A stretch of DNA of 32,000 nucleotides from Candidatus Saccharimonadota bacterium (GTDB lineage: Bacteria; Patescibacteriota; Saccharimonadia; Saccharimonadales; UBA4665): positions 390,001 to 422,000 of the forward strand of contig CP064993.1 of NCBI GenBank assembly GCA_016699955.1, given 5' to 3'. Shown here piece by piece: positions 22,371-29,024 of the stretch. Position 1 is the first letter of the stretch. The number at the start of each line of letters is the position of its first letter. Position numbers and translations under genes: made by a program. Below the pieces are notes generated by a model, which was given only the letters and a program-made list of their open reading frames with translations, was not told the DNA's origin and did not search any database.

Positions 22371-22916
22371 ATGAGTTTAGTTTTAGACATAGTTAATGAT
22401 AATGATGAGGTTATAGGACAAGCAGAACGTGACCGTGTGCACAGGGAAGGCTTGGTATGCCGACTCATTTATGTTTGCTTCTATACAGCCAATCGTGAAG
22501 TAATCTTACAAAAGCGTAGCACTACGAAAAAGAATGACCCAGGAAAATTGACTACAGCCGTGAGTGGTCATATATCGAGTGGTCAGGATTATTTAGAAGC
22601 GGCAGTTCGTGAAACATTCGAAGAAACAGGAGTTGAAGTAAAGCCAAAAGACCTACACAGCCTAGGTGTCGTGAGAGCCGACTATATTCAGGGCGATTAT
22701 TTGAGCTACGCTCAGCGAGGACTCTTTGCATATCCGTTCAAAGGTAGTGCGTCAGATTTGAAAGTTGAAGACGGCGACGGTGCGGGGTTTGAAACTTTTG
22801 ACATAGATGTACTAGAAGCAGAACTTGAGACTAATCCAGATAAGTTTGCTGTTGTTCTCACCGATAAGGTTGGCAAGAGTTTAGTCCAAAATGTTAAGAG
22901 ATTACTCGATAGCTAA
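22371..22916 (+). CDS. NUDIX hydrolase, Idi-like subgroup
   Basis: 181 aa with the Nudix box GHISSGQDYLEAAVRETFEETGV. The N-terminal layout resembles isopentenyl-diphosphate isomerase, but the usual catalytic Cys position reads TAVSGH. Confidence 0.8.
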   Translation: MSLVLDIVNDNDEVIGQAERDRVHREGLVCRLIYVCFYTANREVILQKRSTTKKNDPGKLTTAVSGHISSGQDYLEAAVRETFEETGVEVKPKDLHSLGVVRADYIQGDYLSYAQRGLFAYPFKGSASDLKVEDGDGAGFETFDIDVLEAELETNPDKFAVVLTDKVGKSLVQNVKRLLDS

Positions 22917-22937
22917 ATTGCTAGTTGATTTAGCACA

Positions 22938-22975
22938 AAGAAATCCCGCCTGAGCTGGCGGGATTCTTGTTTGTA
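22938..22975. terminator. Bidirectional rho-independent terminator between convergent genes
   Basis: AATCCCGCC-TGAGCT-GGCGGGATT (9-bp stem, 22942..22950/22957..22965) with T-rich runs on both strands. Confidence 0.75.
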
Positions 22976-22982
22976 TCTGAAA

Positions 22983-23540
22983 CTATTGTAGGTTGAACGT
23001 GATAGCTTTGTTATCAAAGAAGCTAAAGTTCTGGTACAGGAGCTTTAGACCTGTGTCATCTTTCGGAACTTCGTAGGCGAGCTTGCCGGTAACTTTGCCG
23101 CCCTTGGCGAGTGAACCACTGTTGAGCTTACCCTCTGAAAGAGCGGTAATCGCTTCATTCTGCTGAACACCGTTTGAATCCTGCATCTTGAACTCAAAGG
23201 TATTGTAGTCGAGATTAGAATCGCTGTTGTTAACGATATTAACGGTTACAATAACGAACTCTTTACCTGATTCAGGTTGAGCAAACTGGTTACCTGTGTC
23301 GTAGTTACGCTGTACGTCGGTAACGGTAATTGACTTGTCATCGAAGGTAGCGGTTTCACCAACCTTGAACTCGGTCTTTTCTTCTGCCTTATTGCTCTGG
23401 CTGCCGCTATTAGTACCTGTGTTAGTTGCGGTATCGCTCTTGTTACCGCCCATTGCACTACCAGCACCGATAAGTACGATGACGACAATGACCCAGAACC
23501 ACCATCTCTTAAACACTGACTTTTTCTCTTTTGTATTCAT
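22983..23540 (-). CDS. DUF4352-like membrane-anchored/secreted protein
   Basis: 185 aa with an N-terminal TM (WWFWVIVVIVLIGAG), a low-complexity linker and a beta-rich domain: KVGETATFDDKSITVTDVQ...GKEFVIVTVNIVNNSDSNLDYNTFEFKMQD...GKVTGKLAYEVPKD. Confidence 0.8.
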   Translation of the reverse strand: MNTKEKKSVFKRWWFWVIVVIVLIGAGSAMGGNKSDTATNTGTNSGSQSNKAEEKTEFKVGETATFDDKSITVTDVQRNYDTGNQFAQPESGKEFVIVTVNIVNNSDSNLDYNTFEFKMQDSNGVQQNEAITALSEGKLNSGSLAKGGKVTGKLAYEVPKDDTGLKLLYQNFSFFDNKAITFNLQ

Positions 23541-23865
23541 TTGAGCCCTCCTTTAGGCCAAGTTATATTAGCCCTAAACAAGCTCCAAACAAAAAACGGC
23601 ACTTGTCTAGGTGCTTAAACCAACATCCAGACTTGCGCCTAAAATGCTTTTGACAAGTGCCGATTCTAAAGCACAAGTCAAATAGCAAAAGCTATTATCT
23701 GGAAATTGGTTTAAGCCCTTTTATTATATAGTATTTTTCACAAAATTACGCAGTGATGAAAATGGTCATTTTTTGGAGTTTTTATTATAAAGTTTTATTG
23801 CAAAAGCACTGGAAAAGCAGTGAGGTTTTCGGTTTTTTGACGTTTTTCATAAATATGATATTAGT

Positions 23866-23874
23866 TGGTATAAT
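23866..23874 (+). promoter_or_regulatory. Perfect extended -10 TGGTATAAT in the AT-rich spacer
   Basis: TGnTATAAT lies about 385 nt upstream of the next plus-strand gene (24260). Confidence 0.35.
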
Positions 23875-24259
23875 TGACCATAAAGTAGACTGTTGATAAT
23901 TTTACATTATCGTCATTATGAAACACTAGAGGCCAGCATTTTATAGATATGGGGCCTAATTTTTCTTTAGAATAGAAACTAATTTTTATTATAAATAAAT
24001 ATTCTGACCACATTTGCAAGCATAATTTTTTCCAGATAAAATAGGTTCAAAGGATAAAGCACCTTACCCAGCAATTAACGCGGCGTTTCATGCCATAGGC
24101 AGCAAGTTTGGAGGAACTTGTAGGCGTTCAAGAAAATCACAAAAATAGACGGCCAAATACCGTTCTATTCCTGATGCACTAACGTAAATCTGACTAAATT
24201 CACAGCCAGGCTTGTTAAGTGTACCCAAAAAACGAACTAAGCAGCAAAGGAGTGGGGAG

Positions 24260-24409
24260 ATGACCCTAAACGATAAACAAATAAAGGAGTTCCAGAAAAT
24301 CCACAAACGGGTTTTCAAAAAATCAATCAGTAAACAACAAGCTATGTACGATGGGCTCGCCCTCATACGCCTCGTTAGTCTTGTTCAAAAGATGAGCAGA
24401 GAAGAATAA
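24260..24409 (+). CDS. Small basic protein (49 aa), possible DNA-binding/excision accessory protein of the element
   Basis: The track ORF starts at 24212; ATG 24260 is preceded by AAAGGAG at 7-nt spacing. Sequence MTLNDKQIKEFQKIHKRVFKKSISKQQAMYDGLALIRLVSLVQKMSREE. It sits 4 nt before the ATPase gene. The function is a guess. Confidence 0.5.
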   Translation: MTLNDKQIKEFQKIHKRVFKKSISKQQAMYDGLALIRLVSLVQKMSREE

Positions 24410-24413
24410 TAGC

Positions 24414-25451
24414 ATGTCGAGATTAGTAAGAGAAACCTACCAAGACCTCTGGAGAATGGGGGAAGAATCAGGAAAACTCAACCTTCTAACAGAGCGAGTG
24501 GGAGATTTATTACACGAAGATTTTCCACCCGATGTATGGGTAGTTGACCAGCTAATACCAGATAAAAGTGTAACGATACTCTCTGGCTCGCCAGGTAGCT
24601 TCAAAACCTGGCTCTACATGGAAATAGCCGTAAAAGTAGCAAAAGGGGAGAAAGTATTTGGCAACTTCAACACCAAGAAGACTGGCATACTGGTCGTCGA
24701 CGAGGAGAGCGGAAGACCAAGGCTACAGAAGCGGTTTAAGCAGCTCGCGGCGACAGATGATTTACCAATCCACCTGCTGTCTCGTACTGGTTACAAGATG
24801 AACCAACTCTACACAGATGGCATTGCGGAAAAAGCGATAGAGCTTGGTGCTAGTCTGGTTATTTTTGACTCACTCACTCGATTTATGGGCGAAAAAACTG
24901 ACGAAAATACGTCCGGTGACATGGCAAGACTCATGGACTACTACCGACAACTAGCTGATAGTGGGCTCTCGGTCTTGATTCTTCACCACAACCGTAAAGA
25001 TGGGGCAAAAAAGTCTAGTCCAGCTCAATCCCTTAGAGGTTCATCTGATATCCTCGCTGCTGTTGATTGCCATATAGCGGTCAGCCGAGTTGGACAGAGC
25101 GAGTTTGTAAAGCTGGAACAGACCAAGAACCGAGATGTGTGGGAGCCTGTGCCATTCGAGCTACGCTTCCATGAGAATGCGAGTGAGTTCGAGTATGTTG
25201 GTAGCGATAAAACGCCGTCTGAGAAGCACCGAGAAACTCTCGATAAGGTAGTGGAAACAGTCATTCAATATCCTGGTCTTACAAAAACACAGCTTACAAA
25301 GCAAGCTAAAGCCAATGGCGTAAGTGGTGGTCTCAAAAAGATTGGCGACTATATTGACGAGCTTGTTTTGAACGATGAGCTCGACATGCAAGAAGCTAGC
25401 CGTGGCGGACAAAAATATTATCCGATAACGAGTGCGGCAAAAACGCAGTAG
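24414..25451 (+). CDS. RecA-fold AAA ATPase of the RepA/AAA_25 type with C-terminal winged-helix (element replication/maintenance)
   Basis: 345 aa with Walker A LSGSPGSFKTW, Walker B ILVVDEESG, LVIFDSLTRF and LILHHNRKDG. The C-terminal segment PGLTKTQLTKQAKANGVSGGLKKIGDYIDEL is wHTH-like. Confidence 0.75.
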   Translation: MSRLVRETYQDLWRMGEESGKLNLLTERVGDLLHEDFPPDVWVVDQLIPDKSVTILSGSPGSFKTWLYMEIAVKVAKGEKVFGNFNTKKTGILVVDEESGRPRLQKRFKQLAATDDLPIHLLSRTGYKMNQLYTDGIAEKAIELGASLVIFDSLTRFMGEKTDENTSGDMARLMDYYRQLADSGLSVLILHHNRKDGAKKSSPAQSLRGSSDILAAVDCHIAVSRVGQSEFVKLEQTKNRDVWEPVPFELRFHENASEFEYVGSDKTPSEKHRETLDKVVETVIQYPGLTKTQLTKQAKANGVSGGLKKIGDYIDELVLNDELDMQEASRGGQKYYPITSAAKTQ

Positions 25452-25576
25452 TATATATGGTTGCTAAATTGCCACGCTCAGCTCGAAGCCCACCACCTCT
25501 GTTATTGAATTGACAGAATAGTAGTTATTTTCACATCATTAAATTATAATTAAGGCATAAGCCAAGGAAGAATAAT

Positions 25577-27244
25577 ATGGATAACTTAAAAGAACTAAAG
25601 TTTGTACTATACACAAGAAAATCGACAGAAGACTCAAGTAAACAGGTGCAGTCAATCGAAGACCAAAAACGAGTCATGAAAGCAAAGGCCAAAGACCTAG
25701 GAATACACATAAAACATAGGGCTGTACTAACCGAGGAAAAATCCGCCAAGTCCCCATATAACCGTGTTGAGTTCACGCGAATGATTGCTGATATTAAAGA
25801 TGGCAAATACAACGCCATCCTTTGTTGGAAGCTAGACCGCTTATCACGCAACCCTCTGGAAAACGGCATCTTACAACAGATGCTTCAAGACGGAGTGATT
25901 AAAGCAATCGTTACTCATGAAAAAGTACACCTACCTAGTGACAACGCCGTCTTATTCGCAGTTGAGTCGAGTATGTCGAATCAGTATGTACGAGACCTTA
26001 TGGTAAACGTAAGGCGTGGTATGCACTCAAAAGCGGAAAGAGGGTGGATGCCCGGTGTGCCAGCCTGTGGATACATAAATGACCGAGATACTAGTACTAT
26101 TATCAAAGATGAGGAGCGTTTTTATATCGTGCGGCGAATGTGGGACTACATGCTAACTGGGCAGTATTCGGTAAGTCAAATTGCACGAATTGCAGACAAA
26201 GAGTGGGGGCTGAGAACTATTAAGCGAACGAAAAAGGGCGGGAAAGCTCTTTCAACTGCTGGCGTATATGTCATGTTCAGAAATCCATTTTTTAAGGGCT
26301 ATTTGAAGTATGGAGGCAAGATTCATAAAGGACTACACCCAGCAATGGTTACGCCCGAGGAGTTTGACAGAGTGCAGGAGCTGATTAGTCGGCGTAATAA
26401 CCCTCGACCACAGGAAAAAATCCAACAAGATGACCCATTCCCATACAGGGGCCTTGTAAAATGTGGCGAGTGTGGCTGTACGATAACCTATAGTCGGATT
26501 GTCCGTAAACAGAAAAACGGCAATGTTCACACTTACGAATACTGCTACTGCACTCGTAGACGAAAAGATATGGATTGTACACAGTCCATGCCAAACAGCA
26601 GTATCACTCCGCAAGAACTGACGGTTGCAATCCGTAAAGAGATTAGCAAGTACACAATTATGGATGACTTCTTTAGGTGGGCTTGCGAATATCTCGATGA
26701 GTTTAACCAAGCCGAGATTGAAGTTCAAGAACGCGTATACGAAAGCCAGGTTAAAGCCATAGCGAGTCTTGAGAATGAGATTCGTGAGCTTGGGCGATTA
26801 CGTTACCGGGGTCAAGTTGATGATGAGTTTTACGAAAGTGAGAAGCAGGAGCTTGAGAATCGCCTCGTTATGTTAAGGGGTCAGTTCTCAAGCCAAGAAG
26901 AACACAACAAGAAACACAGACAGCTACTCGATAAGTACTTTAGTTTCGCTCGGTATGCGAAAGAAGACTTCGAGGGGGACGATGACTTGAAGAAAAAAGA
27001 AGTGTTGTCGATAATCGGTCAAAACCTGTTATTGAAGAACGGTGTACTAGTGTTCGAGCCAATAAAATACCTCACACCAATCGTGGACAAGTATCCGAAA
27101 CTTGAAGAGCTGTACAAAAAGGTTCAAAACTCTCCAGAACAGAGGAAAAAAGACGCTTTCGCGCCTCTTATTCAATTATGGTACACCCGACAGGATTCGA
27201 ACCTACGACCTTTGGCTCCGCAAGCCAACGCTCTATCCAGCTGA
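25577..27244 (+). CDS. Large serine recombinase (integrase); last ~21 codons are antisense tRNA-Arg
   Basis: 555 aa with an AAGGAAG SD. It has a resolvase catalytic domain (VLYTRKSTEDSSKQVQSIEDQ; WKLDRLSRN), a recombinase domain, a zinc ribbon (CGECGCTITY...YEYCYC) and a coiled-coil. The C-terminus ...LWYTRQDSNLRPLAPQANALSS is translation of the tRNA complement from 27179 on. Confidence 0.9.
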   Translation: MDNLKELKFVLYTRKSTEDSSKQVQSIEDQKRVMKAKAKDLGIHIKHRAVLTEEKSAKSPYNRVEFTRMIADIKDGKYNAILCWKLDRLSRNPLENGILQQMLQDGVIKAIVTHEKVHLPSDNAVLFAVESSMSNQYVRDLMVNVRRGMHSKAERGWMPGVPACGYINDRDTSTIIKDEERFYIVRRMWDYMLTGQYSVSQIARIADKEWGLRTIKRTKKGGKALSTAGVYVMFRNPFFKGYLKYGGKIHKGLHPAMVTPEEFDRVQELISRRNNPRPQEKIQQDDPFPYRGLVKCGECGCTITYSRIVRKQKNGNVHTYEYCYCTRRRKDMDCTQSMPNSSITPQELTVAIRKEISKYTIMDDFFRWACEYLDEFNQAEIEVQERVYESQVKAIASLENEIRELGRLRYRGQVDDEFYESEKQELENRLVMLRGQFSSQEEHNKKHRQLLDKYFSFARYAKEDFEGDDDLKKKEVLSIIGQNLLLKNGVLVFEPIKYLTPIVDKYPKLEELYKKVQNSPEQRKKDAFAPLIQLWYTRQDSNLRPLAPQANALSS

Positions 27245-27255
27245 GCTACGGGTGC
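27179..27255 (-). tRNA. tRNA-Arg (anticodon GCG), CCA encoded; the 3' third looks hybrid
   Basis: Reverse complement is GCACCCGTAGCTCAGCTGGATAGAGCGTTGGCTTGCGGAGCCAAAGGTCGTAGGTTCGAATCCTGTCGGGTGTACCA. Anticodon stem TTGGC/GCCAA, loop TTGCGGA. The T-stem GTAGG/CCTGT has two G.U/U.G pairs and the acceptor closes with G1.U72. Confidence 0.8.
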
Positions 27256-27593
27256 TCGTCTCGGTGCGACAACGGTTTCCACTTGCCAAAACGAGCTATT
27301 ACTCCTTTTGCTAAGCTCTAACCTCAGTCGACCGTTCCTCTCAAAACACTAAACAGTCGCTTTCGCTTCTTGGTTTAGTGTTTTGTCGTGCCAGCAGAGC
27401 TGGTACGTGATAAATTAGTTTGAAAAGCCGGATTCAGTCTGGTTTTTCAAACGCCTCTATAGGAAAAAGAACAGCGAAGCGATGAGAAAAAACACAGGTT
27501 TTGTCTCATTCTGCAACAGGGGTGATTGTAGCACATTTATTATGTAGTGCCTAGTCTGAAATGTTGCTGTCAATCTGTTACAATACTCTTAAC

Positions 27594-27685
27594 GGAGGAG
27601 TCGCATAGTCCGGTCTAGTGCGCTGCACTCGAAATGCAGTATAGGGGCAACTCTATCGCGAGTTCGAATCTCGCCTCCTCCGCCA
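27594..27685 (+). tRNA. tRNA-Ser (anticodon CGA), CCA encoded
   Basis: GGAGGAGTCGCATAGTCCGGTCTAGTGCGCTGCACTCGAAATGCAGTATAGGGGCAACTCTATCGCGAGTTCGAATCTCGCCTCCTCCGCCA. Anticodon stem CTGCA/TGCAG, loop CTCGAAA, long variable arm. Confidence 0.85.
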
Positions 27686-27691
27686 GGAGTG

Positions 27692-27721
27692 AAACGCTCA
27701 CCTGTCAAGGTGGGCGTTTTG
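27692..27721 (+). terminator. Rho-independent terminator after tRNA-Ser(CGA)
   Basis: AAACGCTCACC-TGTCAA-GGTGGGCGTTTT, with one G.U in the stem, followed by a T-run. Confidence 0.6.
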
Positions 27722-27799
27722 CTTATCGACAGAGAAGCGGGAGATTTGAACGATAGAGTTCGGCGTAGCGTAGCGAAGAAGCCCAGCAAGCTGGGCGCT

Positions 27800-27818
27800 A
27801 TCTCGCCTCCTCCGCCAG
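27800..27818 (+). repeat. 19-nt duplicate of the tRNA-Ser(CGA) 3' end (ATCTCGCCTCCTCCGCCAG)
   Basis: Exact copy of 27668..27686, 132 bp downstream of the original. Confidence 0.85.
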
Positions 27819-27920
27819 CGGAATGTCGTAATATTAACCGTCGTCCCCTCTCTGTATGTAGACAAATTGTTGCAAAGATGGTTGCATGGTTGGGCTGAGT
27901 CTGGTAGATTACTTGGGAAG

Positions 27921-29024
27921 ATGGAGCAAAAAGTACTAAAATCACGCACTGTAAGCACACGCACTGATCGTTCCGAAAGGAACGTTTTTTTTAAGCAAAA
28001 ACCGGGACGATTGACGTTGGGTGACGGGACAGTATTTGAGGGTACTATGCCGGACTGGCAAAGTGATTCTTATGACGGCGAAGTCGTGTTTGGTACTGGC
28101 ATGACCGGATATGTCGAGTCGCTAACCGACCCATCGTTTGCGGGGCAAATCCTAGTGTTCACCTATCCGCTGATAGGCAACTATGGCGTCGATTTGTCTG
28201 CTGCAGAATCCGACCGAATCCAAGTGCGTGGTGTTGTTGTTTCGGAAGTTGCGCCGCACTGGAGCCACGGTGGCGGGCAGCTCTCTCTGCCAGAATGGCT
28301 GAGTGCCCAGGGTATACCGCTGCTCAGTGGTGTCGATACCCGTGCTCTTACCAAATATCTTCGCACCAGGGGTGTCATGGCCGGGACACTTAGCGAAAAG
28401 CCGGTTGCGCCACCAAAAACGGTTACTATCCCCATGGTTTCCATCGCAGAGCCTGTTGTGTACAACGCTGGAAAAGACAAAAAGCAAGTCATTTTAGTGG
28501 ACTGTGGCCTCAAGGAAAACATTTTACGTTCACTGCTTGCGCTTGACCTCCAAGTGAAGCGCGTCCCATATAATTATGACTACTCAGGTGAAAAGTATGA
28601 TGGTGTCGTGCTTTCGAGTGGTCCTGGCGACCCGTCAGATTACACCGCAACGATTGCTATAACCAAAAAGGTGCTCACCGGAGACAAACCCTTGCTCGGC
28701 ATTTGCCTAGGTAACCAAATCATGGCACTTGCATCTGGAGGAACCACGTACAAACTGAAATTCGGCCATCGTGGTCACAACCAACCGTGCCAAGAAAGCA
28801 CAACCAAGCGCTGCGTTATCACCAGTCAAAACCACGGGTATGCTATAGACGAGAAAACCTTGCCCAAAGAATGGCGCGTAAGCTACAGAAATCTCAATGA
28901 CAATTCAGTTGAAGGCATTGAACACATAACCAAGCCGTTTTTCTCGGTGCAATTTCACCCAGAGGCCTGCCATGGCCCGACTGATTCTGCAGATTTGTTT
29001 AAAAAGTTCGGGGCGATGCTATGA
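27921..29024 (+). CDS. carA: Carbamoyl-phosphate synthase small (glutaminase) subunit
   Basis: The track ORF starts at 27867; ATG 27921 or a later non-ATG start near GRLTLGDGTVFEG is more plausible. Motifs: TGMTGYVESLTDPSFAGQILVFTYPLIGNYG, GATase GICLGNQIMALASGG, HGYAI, VQFHPEA. Confidence 0.9.
   Translation: MEQKVLKSRTVSTRTDRSERNVFFKQKPGRLTLGDGTVFEGTMPDWQSDSYDGEVVFGTGMTGYVESLTDPSFAGQILVFTYPLIGNYGVDLSAAESDRIQVRGVVVSEVAPHWSHGGGQLSLPEWLSAQGIPLLSGVDTRALTKYLRTRGVMAGTLSEKPVAPPKTVTIPMVSIAEPVVYNAGKDKKQVILVDCGLKENILRSLLALDLQVKRVPYNYDYSGEKYDGVVLSSGPGDPSDYTATIAITKKVLTGDKPLLGICLGNQIMALASGGTTYKLKFGHRGHNQPCQESTTKRCVITSQNHGYAIDEKTLPKEWRVSYRNLNDNSVEGIEHITKPFFSVQFHPEACHGPTDSADLFKKFGAML

Noticed and set aside
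27102-27964. ORFs 27102..27314 (+), 27589..27960 (-), 27689..27898 (+) and 27698..27964 (-)
   Set aside because: They overlap tRNA-Arg, tRNA-Ser(CGA), its terminator and the duplicated tRNA end. The peptides (GGGGEI..., RIRTYDLW...) are typical tRNA read-through artefacts.
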